In this document: piece after piece, positions 9,374 to 18,844 of the stretch
Layout: each line of letters starts with the position of its first letter
Position numbering within the stretch: the stretch's first letter is position 1
Source: Bdellovibrionales bacterium
GTDB lineage: Bacteria; Bdellovibrionota; Bdellovibrionia; Bdellovibrionales; DASUEL01
Direction of reading: 5' to 3'
NCBI GenBank assembly: GCA_050250255.1
Contig: JBFWOZ010000023.1
Span: forward strand, 1 to 48,647
Length of the DNA stretch: 48,647 nucleotides
Program-made: the position numbers and the translations under genes
Notes under the pieces: generated by a model
Told to the model about the DNA's origin: nothing
What the model saw: only the letters and a program-made list of their open reading frames with translations
The model's database searches: none

Positions 9374-9502
9374 AAGGTTCTCCTTTCCCTCTTACATTGC
9401 AAAGAGAGGCCAAAGTCAGAACCTATTAGTTAGTTTTTATCTGTTTCAGAATCAGAATGCGCCAGCAAATGATCAAAAAATAAACGACTGTTTATGAACG
9501 TC

Positions 9503-10093
9503 TCAAGATGAGACTGTTTGAGAGAGAACGAATCGCAAAGGTTTGTCGACCCACTCCTCCGCGTATGCAATGCCGATGCGAGGTGTGGATTGAATTTTGG
9601 GGGCTCGTAGTTTGTTTTCTTCAATGAAGAGTTCTGAAGATTGAAGAGATGTTCCGTTGAGTTTAGGACCAATTTTTAGGGCGAGACAGAGTTTGCCTGG
9701 GCCGTTTGAGAGATTTCGTATTTGCGAGATTTTGAGTTTTCGATTCTTGAGAGCGAGATCGATACTTTCATCAATCTGTACACTGCGGATGAGCACGGCT
9801 TCGGGGACACCCCCTTTTTGGGTCACGACATTGAGACAGTAATACATGCCGTAGATAAAATAGATGTAGGCGTGTCCCCCTTCTAAATACATGGCTTGCA
9901 CACGCGGAGTTTGGCGGCCGCCGTAAGAGTGAGCGGCTTTATCTTTCACGCCCATATAGGCTTCGGTTTCGGTGATGATTCCCGAAATGCGTTTTCCATT
10001 CACAATGCGAACGAGACGTTGTCCCAAGAGCTCACGAGCAACGGTGCGTGTGTTTCTTTGATAAAACTCTGGCGGAAACTTTAACGACTTCAT
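9503..10093 (-). CDS. 3-methyladenine DNA glycosylase (MPG/AAG family)
   Basis: VARELLG, ETEAY.G..D.AAHS, YIYFIYGMY.CLNVV, AVLIR, NGPGKLC.AL, PRIGI. Confidence 0.93.
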   Translation of the reverse strand: MKSLKFPPEFYQRNTRTVARELLGQRLVRIVNGKRISGIITETEAYMGVKDKAAHSYGGRQTPRVQAMYLEGGHAYIYFIYGMYYCLNVVTQKGGVPEAVLIRSVQIDESIDLALKNRKLKISQIRNLSNGPGKLCLALKIGPKLNGTSLQSSELFIEENKLRAPKIQSTPRIGIAYAEEWVDKPLRFVLSQTVSS

Positions 10094-11470
10094 TTAAGCT
10101 ATATACACCGTTTTCATATTTGTGAATTCATGAAGGCCTTGAACACCGAGTTCTCGACCAATCCCGGAATTTTTAACGCCTCCAAAAGGAAGGCGACTGT
10201 CAGAGCGCACGAAAGTATTCACAAACGCACTTCCGACTTCAAGTTCTTCGGTGGCGACTTGTTCGGCGAGTTCCGTGTTCTTGGTGAAGATGGCGCCGCC
10301 CAAACCAAATTCAGATTGGTTAGCAAGGGTAATAGCTTCTTCCAAATTTTTAACTCGAGTGATAGCAGCAACCGGACCAAAGAGCTCTTCATCAAAAGCT
10401 GGTTGTCCCGGCCTTACATTTGTAAGAACCGTAGGTGAGTAATAAAAACCATCACCCTTCGGGATCACCCCACCGAGAAGAAGTTTGGCTCCGGCTTGAA
10501 TGCTCTTTGTTACTTGTTGGTGAAGTTCGTTACGTAAATCGCTCCGTGCTTGCGGGCCGATTTCAATTTGTTTTTCGAGAGGGGAGCCCATGAGTTTCCC
10601 CTTCATCTTCTGCACAAAGAGTTTTTCAAATTCATCAGCGATGGACTCCTCAACGAGAAATCGTTTAGCTGCAATACAACTCTGGCCCGAGTTGATAAGC
10701 CTTGAGGCGACACAAGCGTCGACGCTTTTTTCTAAGTCGCAATCGGCGAGGATAATGTAAGCGTCACTTCCACCTAATTCGAGCACCACTTTTTTAAGAT
10801 GCTTTCCCGCAGCAGCGGCCACTTTTTTACCAGCACCGGTGCTACCGGTGAGAGTCACTCCGCGAATGAGTGGATGAGCAATGAGCTCCTCAGCATGAGG
10901 ACCATCGATAACGAGTGTTTGCATAAGCCCATCTGGGAACTGAGCTTCGTGACATAATTTTTCTATTTCAAGCGCACAACCCGTTGCAATCTGTGCGTGT
11001 TTTAATAAAAAAGAATTTCCCACTAAAATTTGCGGAGCGAGACAGCGGATGACCTGCCAGAAAGGAAAGTTCCACGGCATGATCGCGAGGATTGGGCCAA
11101 GAGGTTGGTAGGAAATAAAACTTTTACGAGCCTCCGTCGTGATCATTTGATTTTGTATATAGGCGGGGCCTTCTTTTGCATAGTGTTCAAGGCAGGCGGC
11201 GCACTTTTCGATTTCCTGTAACCCCTGAGTCAAGGGTTTTCCCATTTCTTCAGCCATGAGCTCCGACAATTTTTGTGCATTCGCTCTCAGGATTTTTGCA
11301 AGTCTCATCAGCGCTGTCGCTCGTTCCATGAGAGGAATTTTTCGCCACTCCTGGTGAGCGATGTACGATTTCTCCACGCAGTGATTCACTTGAGAGTCAG
11401 TGAATACGCTGTACTCTTTTATATTCTTACCTGTAGCAGGATTGATGGTAAAAAACTTTGTCATCTTCAT
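10094..11470 (-). CDS. NAD(P)-dependent succinate-semialdehyde dehydrogenase (Sad/GabD-like ALDH)
   Basis: IMPWNFP.WQ, TGSTGAG, LELGGSD, NSGQSC, EELFGP, PFGGVKNSG.GRE. Confidence 0.9.
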   Translation of the reverse strand: MKMTKFFTINPATGKNIKEYSVFTDSQVNHCVEKSYIAHQEWRKIPLMERATALMRLAKILRANAQKLSELMAEEMGKPLTQGLQEIEKCAACLEHYAKEGPAYIQNQMITTEARKSFISYQPLGPILAIMPWNFPFWQVIRCLAPQILVGNSFLLKHAQIATGCALEIEKLCHEAQFPDGLMQTLVIDGPHAEELIAHPLIRGVTLTGSTGAGKKVAAAAGKHLKKVVLELGGSDAYIILADCDLEKSVDACVASRLINSGQSCIAAKRFLVEESIADEFEKLFVQKMKGKLMGSPLEKQIEIGPQARSDLRNELHQQVTKSIQAGAKLLLGGVIPKGDGFYYSPTVLTNVRPGQPAFDEELFGPVAAITRVKNLEEAITLANQSEFGLGGAIFTKNTELAEQVATEELEVGSAFVNTFVRSDSRLPFGGVKNSGIGRELGVQGLHEFTNMKTVYIA

Positions 11471-11555
11471 GGGGGCAGCTTACTCCTCGAGAGGGTTCTT
11501 CACAAGTTGTGCCACAACTCCAAGCAACATATTGCGACATCTTTGCACGAGAAGG

Positions 11556-11584
11556 TTTACTCGTGGGTGAAAGCTCATTATGTT
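11556..11584 (+). promoter_or_regulatory. Putative sigma70 promoter of the beta-barrel gene, overlapped by a palindrome
   Basis: TTTACT-N17-TATGTT; CACGAG-N8-CTCGTG inverted repeat (11546-11565) covers the -35. Confidence 0.4.
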
Positions 11585-11614
11585 TGTCGAGCAATTTTAT
11601 TGCAGAGGAGAATT

Positions 11615-12247
11615 ATGAAAAATATTTTATTCGCAGCTTTATTCATCAGCTTTGCAGCATCTCTATCAGAAGCACAAACCATGAGACGCACGAATGTTCG
11701 TGCATACAGTAGCGAGTCTCAACACGCAGTGAGCGGAGCTCTTGGTTTTTACTCGCCAGGAAACACCACTTGGTCTGGAACCGCGAACGGAACGGGCAGT
11801 ATTGTGACTCCAACTGTTTCTGGAATGTTTGGTATCGGAGGAGATTACGAATACATTTGGAAGCCAGATGTGACTTTCGGTGGAATTTTCCGCTACTACA
11901 GCACTTCAGATTCTTCAAACTCAAGCGGAACTAACATTGAAGAGACTGTAAAGTTGTGGACTCTTGGTGGAATGATGAAAGCTTACGCTCACACTGAAAG
12001 TTGGACGGGTTATCTTGGAACCGGAATTGGTGCTATTTCTCCTTCTTTGAAAAGAGTTACAGGCACAACCACTGTGGATACTGAAGTGAGTATGGGATTT
12101 GGTCTCTACATGGCGATGGGGCTTCTCTACAAATTCAATGACCAAATGGCTTTCGGGGTTGAGAACCTTCGTGCTATGGGTCTTGGCGAGAAAATCAACG
12201 GATGGCCAATCAACGATTTTATGTTCAAAGGTCGATTTACGCTCTAA
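11615..12247 (+). CDS. Outer-membrane beta-barrel protein
   Basis: GAGGAG RBS before ATG 11615, signal peptide (SEA), alternating Gly/aromatic strands, C-terminal FKGRFTL. Confidence 0.75.
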   Translation: MKNILFAALFISFAASLSEAQTMRRTNVRAYSSESQHAVSGALGFYSPGNTTWSGTANGTGSIVTPTVSGMFGIGGDYEYIWKPDVTFGGIFRYYSTSDSSNSSGTNIEETVKLWTLGGMMKAYAHTESWTGYLGTGIGAISPSLKRVTGTTTVDTEVSMGFGLYMAMGLLYKFNDQMAFGVENLRAMGLGEKINGWPINDFMFKGRFTL

Positions 12248-12277
12248 AATGTTCGTTCTTAAACTTAAGGAAATGAA

Positions 12278-12649
12278 ATGAAAAAGAAATACGGTTATGT
12301 GGATGGTTTTGTTCTACCTATTCCTAAAAAGAACATCGCGAAGTACAAAAAGTTAGCCACCCTTTGCGGTAAAGTGTGGCTTGATCATGGCGCCATCGAC
12401 TATGTCGAATGCATGGCGAATGATGTAAAGCCTGGCAAGGTGACTTCTTTCCCTCAGAGCGTGAAGCTCAAAAAAGGGGAAGTGGTGTTTTTTTCTTGGG
12501 CCACTTATAAATCTCGCGCTCATCGCGATCAGGTCATGAAAAAAGTGATGTCAGATCCACGCCTAGCATTCATGATGGATCCTAAAAAGGTTCCATTCGA
12601 TGGAATGCGCATGTTTTGGGGCGGGTTTAAACCTGTTGTGACTCTTTAG
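12278..12649 (+). CDS. DUF1428 (YbaA-like) protein
   Basis: YVDGFV.P, W..HGA..YVEC, GK.TSFP..VK, E.V.FSW, PFDG.RM.WGGF. Confidence 0.88.
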   Translation: MKKKYGYVDGFVLPIPKKNIAKYKKLATLCGKVWLDHGAIDYVECMANDVKPGKVTSFPQSVKLKKGEVVFFSWATYKSRAHRDQVMKKVMSDPRLAFMMDPKKVPFDGMRMFWGGFKPVVTL

Positions 12650-12756
12650 GTTGGTCGTAAACATACGGAAAAGGGATCAGAGAGAAATTCCTCTGGCCCC
12701 CAAGCGCTGAAAGTTATTGAATTCCGTTAGTCTAAATAATGAGTGTTCAAGTACCG

Positions 12757-12999
12757 CTAGGAAATAAACACTTTGATACTTATGTCTTCATCAATCTCAG
12801 GCCAGTGGACTCCATACCCGGACGGTGAAATTTGAAAGTTTTGAAGTTGCTGAAGTCTAGCATTGGACAGCCGGGGAAACCAAGCAATAGGAATTGAAAC
12901 GATTCGACCATCACTGAGATTGGCAGTGATTTTATCCCCATCAATTAAGATTTTAGATATCGAAATGGGTGGTAATTTTTTAGCTGTTTGCTGGCGCAT
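12757..12999 (-). CDS. DUF2442 protein (putative antitoxin)
   Basis: LSDGR.VS.P.AWFPRL..A, G.GVHWPEIDEDIS; overlaps the upstream DUF4160 gene. Confidence 0.85.
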   Translation of the reverse strand: MRQQTAKKLPPISISKILIDGDKITANLSDGRIVSIPIAWFPRLSNARLQQLQNFQISPSGYGVHWPEIDEDISIKVFIS

Positions 13000-13225
13000 G
13001 CCATTCCTTCCACTTTGCTCTTAAAAGAATAACATTCTCTTTAGTAATTTTCAAAGCATCCCGTTGATCTGTTGCCGTCAGATTATAAGCATATGCAATT
13101 GTTAAGGAATAGAGCCAAACCTTCATTTCTCCGCCACGACCAATGATATGGATGTGAGCTGGCTCATTACCCTCGTGGGAATAGAAAAAGAATCTAAATC
13201 CATTTTCTCGAAGAATCGTTGGCAT
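12980..13225 (-). CDS. DUF4160 protein (putative toxin)
   Basis: MPTI....GFRFFFYS.E..EP.HIH; start set at ATG 13225. Confidence 0.85.
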   Translation of the reverse strand: MPTILRENGFRFFFYSHEGNEPAHIHIIGRGGEMKVWLYSLTIAYAYNLTATDQRDALKITKENVILLRAKWKEWHAPANS

Positions 13226-13323
13226 TCCGGTCACAACTGCAAGGGAAGCCAAGAGTTTTAAAAGAATAAGCGGGACCTGAAGCAAACAAGGTTCGTTTTC
13301 AACCGGCGCTCGGAAAGACAGTA

Positions 13324-13719
13324 TTAAATAGCGAGATTAACAACTGTCTGCTGTGTTGTTAAGTAGAGAAAGATATACTCATCCTTCCGTTCCTTAAATA
13401 CTTCACATATTGCTTCATTTGGATCAATTTGAGTGGTCAGTTCAGGAATTCGTTTTAAAAGTTCGTGTCCATTAATTGGCTTGCATGGCTGAAAAGTTGC
13501 TAGGTCATCTGAAGATAATAAGTTCTTATCGATGGACCAAACGCTTTCTCCTCTTGGGCCATTCCAACGTTGTTTAATCACTTTAATATGTGCGTGAGTG
13601 GGCAAGTGCCATCCAGTTATTCCATTCATTGCTTCTGGAGTAATTGGTTTATCGAAAACGATATATACAATCCCAACTATGACGACCAAAACTATTAAAC
13701 CTATAAATATCTTTTTCAT
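13324..13719 (-). CDS. Hypothetical protein with N-terminal transmembrane anchor (AT-rich orphan)
   Basis: MKKIFIGLIVLVVIVGIVYIVF anchor; start ATG 13719. Confidence 0.55.
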   Translation of the reverse strand: MKKIFIGLIVLVVIVGIVYIVFDKPITPEAMNGITGWHLPTHAHIKVIKQRWNGPRGESVWSIDKNLLSSDDLATFQPCKPINGHELLKRIPELTTQIDPNEAICEVFKERKDEYIFLYLTTQQTVVNLAI

Positions 13720-13849
13720 ACTTGTTGTATAGTGCCCTCTGAAATTTAGTTGATCAATAATCAAATCAGTAGTGGTTCTGAGTTAAAGAGCTGGCTATCA
13801 GGCTTCGCAAATTCTTCTTTGCACTGTATCACTAGCATTTGTGGTCGAT

Positions 13850-14164
13850 TTACTTAAGCTGCTCAGAGAGCCAGTCGCCGTAACCTTTGCTGGCTTTTTC
13901 AATCGGTAGAACGAGCGCGCAAGGCGTGTCGTAAGAGTGGAGTTCCTCCACTCGTTTCATTAATGATTTTACTCTGGCTTGAGTGGTCTTAGCTAATAGG
14001 ACCACTTCGTTTTCATGGGCCATGATGCCCTTCCAGCGATAGATCGACTTCATTTGGGGCAGGATATTCACGCAGGCACAAAGGCCTTCTTCCACAAGCT
14101 GCTGCCCGAGGCTTTTCGCCTCAGTCATGTTGGGAGCTGTGATGTAAACTACCTTAAACGACAT
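13850..14164 (-). CDS. cutA: Divalent cation tolerance protein CutA
   Basis: VYITAP, LVEE.L.ACVNI, SIY.W.G, HSYD.P. Confidence 0.92.
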   Translation of the reverse strand: MSFKVVYITAPNMTEAKSLGQQLVEEGLCACVNILPQMKSIYRWKGIMAHENEVVLLAKTTQARVKSLMKRVEELHSYDTPCALVLPIEKASKGYGDWLSEQLK

Positions 14165-14166
14165 CT

Positions 14167-16269
14167 TTATTTACGCTCGGCTGCGAGCTTTTCCTGATAC
14201 TTCTTTACGAGCTCTTCTTGGATGTTACGAGGTACAACCGCGTACTTCGAGAACTCCATCGTAAACTCGCCCTTACCTTGAGTGGCAGAACGAAGATCTG
14301 TGGAGTAGCCGAACATCTCTGTGAGTGGAACTTCAGATTCCACAATCACGTAACCTTCGTTGTTGCTTGTGCCCAGGATGATTCCACGGCGCTGGTTGAC
14401 TTGTCCAAGAACAGAACCTTGGAATTCTTCTGGAGCAGACACTTCAAGTTTCATGATGGGCTCAAGAACCACAGGATTTGCACGAGGGTAAACGTCACGA
14501 ACAGCGGCCATCGCACAAATGCGGAAGGCCATCTCGCTCGAATCCACATCATGGTACTGACCATCGTGGATTTCCATTTTCACGCCAACAACTGGGTGAC
14601 CGATCAAGCTCCCTTTTGTGAGCTGTTCACGGAAACCTTTGTCACAAGCAGGAATAAATTCGCGAGGAATCTTACCGCCCACAACGTTGTTTTCAAATAC
14701 GTAAGTCTCTTCTTGATTTGGTGGAAGTGGTTCCATAAAGCCAACGATTTTCGCGTACTGACCCGAACCACCCGTTTGCTTTTTATGGGTGTAATCGAAG
14801 TTCGCTTTTTGAGAAATCGTCTCGCGGTAAGCCACTTGAGGGCGACCGGCGATCACTTCACAGTTAAATTCGCGCTTCATACGTTCCATATAAACTTCTA
14901 AGTGAAGTTCTCCCATTCCTGAAATGATTGTCTCGCTGGACTCTTCATCACGGTGAACGCGGAACGTAGGATCTTCTTTTGTAAATTTATTCAAAGCTTT
15001 TGAGAAGTTCACGGTACCGGCTTTATCTTTTGGAGTGATCGCAAGAGAGATCACCGCATCTGGTACGTGCATCGACGACATTGTGTAAGTCACAGTTCCG
15101 TCAGTGAAAGTGTCTCCAGAAGAACAATCCACACCGAAAAGAGCAACGATGTCTCCGCCGCCTGCTTCTTCGATATCCTGCATCTCGTCTGAGTGCATAC
15201 GTACAAGACGTGGGACTTTTACTTTTCGTCCACTGTTCGCGTTGTGAATGGTGTCACCTTTTCTGAGAGTACCTTGGTAAATTCTCATGTAAGTGAGCTG
15301 ACCGTAACGACCGTCTTCCAATTTAAAGGCAAGACCTACAAACGGAAGCTTTGGATCGGCTTGGAGTTCTACTTGAGTTTCATTGTTCTCTTGGTCGAGA
15401 GCTTTGTTATGAACTTCTGTTGGGTTTGGAAGATAGTTTCTCACACCGTCAAGAAGACGCTGAACCGCTCTGTTTTTGAAAGCCGAGCCCATGAACACGG
15501 GCACAAACTTTAAAGCGATTGTCCCCTTACGGATAGCCGCCATGATTTCGGCAACTGTTGGCTCTTCTTCCATCAAGAATTTTTCGCCTACAACGTCATC
15601 GATATCAGCAAGCTTCGCAATGAGTTCTGCGCGCTTGGCTTTTGCATCATCAAGTAGTTCTGCCGGAACATCAATTTCTTTGATGTCTTCCCCGTTATCA
15701 CCACGGAAAATGTAACCTTTCATGGTGATCAAATCGACAACACCGTCGTGCTTGTCTTCAAGTCCAATTGGGATTTGAACAGCAGCAGCGTTTAAGCGAA
15801 GTTTTTCGCGAAGTTGTTCGATCACGCGGAAAGGGTTAGAGCCTGTACGATCGAGTTTATTGATGAAGGCCAAACGTGGGACATTGTATCGGCGCATCTG
15901 GCGATCCACTGTAATGGACTGAGATTGTACGCCCGAAACTCCACAGAGAACGAGAATGGCACCGTCAAGGACGCGAAGAGAGCGTTCCACTTCGATGGTG
16001 AAATCCACGTGTCCCGGAGTGTCGATGATGTTGATCTGAGTTTCGCCCCAAGTACAGTAAGTCGCTGCAGATTGGATCGTGATCCCTTTTTCGCGCTCGA
16101 GATCCATCGAATCCATTTTCGCTCCGACACCATCTTTTCCACGAACTTCGTGAATTTTATGAATTCGGCCTGTATAAAACAGGATGCGCTCAGTCAAAGT
16201 TGTCTTTCCTGAGTCAATGTGAGCAGAAATACCGATGTTACGTACTTTTTGTAGGTCTAATTGGGCCAT
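14167..16269 (-). CDS. fusA: Elongation factor G (mitochondrial EF-G1-like subtype), outside the str operon
   Basis: [69 protein letters not shown] before ATG 16269. Confidence 0.97.
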   Translation of the reverse strand: MAQLDLQKVRNIGISAHIDSGKTTLTERILFYTGRIHKIHEVRGKDGVGAKMDSMDLEREKGITIQSAATYCTWGETQINIIDTPGHVDFTIEVERSLRVLDGAILVLCGVSGVQSQSITVDRQMRRYNVPRLAFINKLDRTGSNPFRVIEQLREKLRLNAAAVQIPIGLEDKHDGVVDLITMKGYIFRGDNGEDIKEIDVPAELLDDAKAKRAELIAKLADIDDVVGEKFLMEEEPTVAEIMAAIRKGTIALKFVPVFMGSAFKNRAVQRLLDGVRNYLPNPTEVHNKALDQENNETQVELQADPKLPFVGLAFKLEDGRYGQLTYMRIYQGTLRKGDTIHNANSGRKVKVPRLVRMHSDEMQDIEEAGGGDIVALFGVDCSSGDTFTDGTVTYTMSSMHVPDAVISLAITPKDKAGTVNFSKALNKFTKEDPTFRVHRDEESSETIISGMGELHLEVYMERMKREFNCEVIAGRPQVAYRETISQKANFDYTHKKQTGGSGQYAKIVGFMEPLPPNQEETYVFENNVVGGKIPREFIPACDKGFREQLTKGSLIGHPVVGVKMEIHDGQYHDVDSSEMAFRICAMAAVRDVYPRANPVVLEPIMKLEVSAPEEFQGSVLGQVNQRRGIILGTSNNEGYVIVESEVPLTEMFGYSTDLRSATQGKGEFTMEFSKYAVVPRNIQEELVKKYQEKLAAERK

Positions 16270-16366
16270 AGCGTTCCTCAACAGAAAATAAATTTAATTT
16301 TGGAAGGTGATTTCGTATCATGAAGACTCAAGAAAGCAAAGCCTTTCTGCACCTAAAGAGGAACTC

Positions 16367-17806
16367 GTGACCCCTATTGAAGTCCTAAAAAATGTATTTG
16401 GTTATGAGACCTTTCGGGGTGTCCAAAAAGAAGTCATTGAGGAAATTTTGGCCGGTCACAATAGCCTTGCGTTGATGCCTACGGGTCAGGGAAAGAGTCT
16501 TTGTTTTCAGATTCCCGCCCGTTTAATGTCGGGAGGGACAACGCTTGTTTTGTCCCCCCTTATTGCTTTAATGAAAGATCAGGTCGATCAAGCACGAAAA
16601 AAAGGCTTTCGAGCCGCTTTTATTAACTCAAGCCTTACAAAACCCGAGCGCCTCAAGCGGTATGAAGAGCTATCGCGTGGGGAATATGAATTGGTCTATG
16701 TCACTCCTGAAAGATTCAATAAGGCGGATTTTTTAGAAGCTTTGCGTGGAGTGAAAATTTCTCTTTTAGCGATCGATGAGGCTCATTGTATTAGCGAATG
16801 GGGTCATGATTTCCGGCCTGATTACACCCGCATTAAAGAGTTTCGCGAAATTTTAGGAAATCCTACGACTCTCGCGGTGACAGCGACGGCGACACCACGA
16901 GTGCAGCTAGATATCATCAAGCAAATGGGACTCACGGAATCTGAGGTTCAGGTTTTTCGTTCAGGGATTGAGCGAGAAAATTTAAGTTTAGAGGTTCATG
17001 ATGTTCATGGGCTCGATGAAAAAGTGCGAAGTTTTATCGGCCTTCGTCATCAGAGTCCGGGAGTGGGTATTTGTTATTTTTCATTGATTTCGACGCTCGA
17101 GAGTTTTTCGCGAGCCATTGATCGTTTAGGGATTCCTCATGTGGTTTATCACGGGCAACTTCGAGATGATCGACGTCGACGAAATCAGGAGAATTTTTTA
17201 AGAGGGGATGCGGATTTGATTCTTGCGACTCCCGCATTTGGGTTGGGAATAGATAAGGCCGATGTGCGTTTGATCATTCACGGCGAAACTCCAGGAAGTC
17301 TCGAAGCTTATTATCAAGAAGCGGGACGAGCGGGGAGAGATGGATTGGAATCTCGCTGCGCACTTCTCTATGACCCTGACGATATTTCAATTCAGGAAGA
17401 TTTCATTAAGTGGGCCCATCCAGATCCAGGTTTTATCAAAACAGTTTATGAGTTAATCCGCAAAAATCCTCTGCGTTTTGAACAAGAAGGTGCTGATTTT
17501 TTACGTCAGCAGATGAATTACTACAACAGTCGCGACTACCGGGTTGAAACGACCTTAAATTTGCTCAAGCGTTGGAGTTTTCTTGAAGAGGAGGGTGGAG
17601 TTCTGCGAGCCTCACGAGAACCAGAAGGTGATTTGTTGAGTGTTGAGAAGAATGATCGTCGATTAAAAGATGATAAGATGCGTTTGCTCGAGATGGTTCG
17701 CTACGCGACAGCTACAAGTTGTCGCGCACAAATGATTTACCAATACTTTGGAGATACGGAAGCGAAAGCTTGCGGGAAATGCGATCGCTGCTTAGGTACG
17801 GACTGA
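16367..17806 (+). CDS. recQ: RecQ-family ATP-dependent DNA helicase (short, no HRDC)
   Basis: FG...FR..Q, MPTG.GKSLCFQ, DEAHCISEWGHDFRP, TATAT, YYQEAGRAGRDG, C-terminal CR...YFG..CG.CD.C; GTG 16367 after AGAGGA. Confidence 0.92.
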   Translation: MTPIEVLKNVFGYETFRGVQKEVIEEILAGHNSLALMPTGQGKSLCFQIPARLMSGGTTLVLSPLIALMKDQVDQARKKGFRAAFINSSLTKPERLKRYEELSRGEYELVYVTPERFNKADFLEALRGVKISLLAIDEAHCISEWGHDFRPDYTRIKEFREILGNPTTLAVTATATPRVQLDIIKQMGLTESEVQVFRSGIERENLSLEVHDVHGLDEKVRSFIGLRHQSPGVGICYFSLISTLESFSRAIDRLGIPHVVYHGQLRDDRRRRNQENFLRGDADLILATPAFGLGIDKADVRLIIHGETPGSLEAYYQEAGRAGRDGLESRCALLYDPDDISIQEDFIKWAHPDPGFIKTVYELIRKNPLRFEQEGADFLRQQMNYYNSRDYRVETTLNLLKRWSFLEEEGGVLRASREPEGDLLSVEKNDRRLKDDKMRLLEMVRYATATSCRAQMIYQYFGDTEAKACGKCDRCLGTD

Positions 17807-17846
17807 CTTTTGGGACTTGGTGCGTCCCAAAAGTGTGTCCGTACCT
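17794..17846. repeat. REP-like palindromic repeat, copy 1
   Basis: AGGTACGGACtgACTTTTGGGAC-ttggtgc-GTCCCAAAAGTGTGTCCGTACCT; right arm identical to copy 2. Confidence 0.85.
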
Positions 17847-17851
17847 GTTGG

Positions 17852-18142
17852 CTACTTTACGATTTTCTCAAGCACGGATTTGATTTTATCGGCGTCGGTG
17901 GCTTCTACGTCGGTGAGCCAGATTTCTTGGGGATAGATCACGCAGGCGATGCCTTTTTCACATTGATCGAGGCAGCCGGCGGTGTTGATGCGAACGGAGT
18001 TTCCAAAACGAGTTTTGGCCCAATCTTTGAGTTCGGAGCGCAAAGCTTCTGCACCTTTACTCGCGCAGCACTCTCGAGCTTTTTCGCCAGGCTTTGCCGT
18101 GCGCTGATTGGTGCAAATAAAAACGTGGGCTTTGTAACTCAT
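17852..18142 (-). CDS. Thioredoxin-like [2Fe-2S] ferredoxin
   Basis: HVFICTN.R, CC..KG, RIN.AGCL..C..G, VIYP..IW. Confidence 0.88.
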   Translation of the reverse strand: MSYKAHVFICTNQRTAKPGEKARECCASKGAEALRSELKDWAKTRFGNSVRINTAGCLDQCEKGIACVIYPQEIWLTDVEATDADKIKSVLEKIVK

Positions 18143-18148
18143 AAAACT

Positions 18149-18178
18149 ACGATACAGCCGAGTGGCAAATCATGTCAA
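18149..18178 (-). promoter_or_regulatory. Putative sigma70 promoter giving a leaderless ferredoxin mRNA
   Basis: TTGACA-N18-TATCGT-N6-ATG, no SD. Confidence 0.6.
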
Positions 18179-18244
18179 AGAGCTGCATTGCGCCGTACTC
18201 ACAAAAGGGTATGAAGACTCTCTAAATTTCAATATACCAACACT

Positions 18245-18844
18245 ATGAATACGACAGCACCTCCAGCGAAAACGCCGAATCCCTTTGCAGAATTTCAAAT
18301 CTGGCACAAACGTTATGCCGACACAAAACCACGAGAGCCTAACTCCGCTTTTTTATCGACTTCGGATCGTCAGGGAGTCCCAAGCGGTCGCGTGATTCTT
18401 TTTAAAACTTTTGATGAAAAAGGAATTCTCTTTTTTACGAATTACGACAGCCGTAAAGGAAGAGATCTTTCTGATAACCCTCAAGCGGCTCTCACGTTTT
18501 ACTGGGACAGCCTTCACCAACAGGTTCGCATGTTCGGTTCCGTGTCGCGTTTAACAGCCTTTGAATCAGATCAATATTTTAAAAGCAGACCTTATGAAAG
18601 TCAGATCAGTGCGTGGGCCTCGCGGCAGGGTCAGCGGATTGAAAACCGTGAATATTTAGAGAAACAATTTGCGGAGTATAAAAAGAAATATCCTACCGAA
18701 GTCCCCCGCCCAGATTATTGGGGTGGATATCGACTGGTACCCTCGCGAGTGGAGTTTTGGATGGGGCGAGATAACCGACTCCATGACCGTATGGAATATG
18801 TTTTTGAGGGAGGGAAATGGAAAATTCAACGTCTGTCTCCGTAA
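18245..18844 (+). CDS. pdxH: Pyridoxamine 5'-phosphate oxidase
   Basis: PS.R.ILFK, FFTNY.SRKG, RP..SQI.AWAS.Q, RP.YWGGY, EFW.GR.NRLHDR. Confidence 0.95.
   Translation: MNTTAPPAKTPNPFAEFQIWHKRYADTKPREPNSAFLSTSDRQGVPSGRVILFKTFDEKGILFFTNYDSRKGRDLSDNPQAALTFYWDSLHQQVRMFGSVSRLTAFESDQYFKSRPYESQISAWASRQGQRIENREYLEKQFAEYKKKYPTEVPRPDYWGGYRLVPSRVEFWMGRDNRLHDRMEYVFEGGKWKIQRLSP

Noticed and set aside
9397..9414. sigma54-like TTGGC...TTGCA elements (also near 8063, 11531, 13237, 37671)
   Set aside because: Spacing is GG-N8/N9-GC or the -24 GG is missing; sigma54 needs strict GG-N10-GC
11273..11614. 114 aa N-terminal extension of the beta-barrel ORF in the track
   Set aside because: Overlaps the SSADH gene; the RBS and signal peptide point to ATG 11615
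12650..12756. Possible attC site or riboswitch downstream of the first TA-like cassette
   Set aside because: GACTAAC deviates from RYYYAAC, box spacing is wrong and there is no matching GTTRRRY end; only an imperfect hairpin with no recognisable aptamer consensus
13765..13849. Short minus-strand ORF (MLVIQCKEEF...) between cutA and the orphan
   Set aside because: About 25 codons with no RBS or motif; cannot be supported
14218..14901. 227 aa antisense ORF (and others) opposite fusA
   Set aside because: Fully overlaps a highly conserved gene; typical shadow ORF from codon bias, no motifs
17810..18214. 134 aa plus-strand ORF starting in the palindrome
   Set aside because: Antisense to a clear ferredoxin; start codon derives from the repeat
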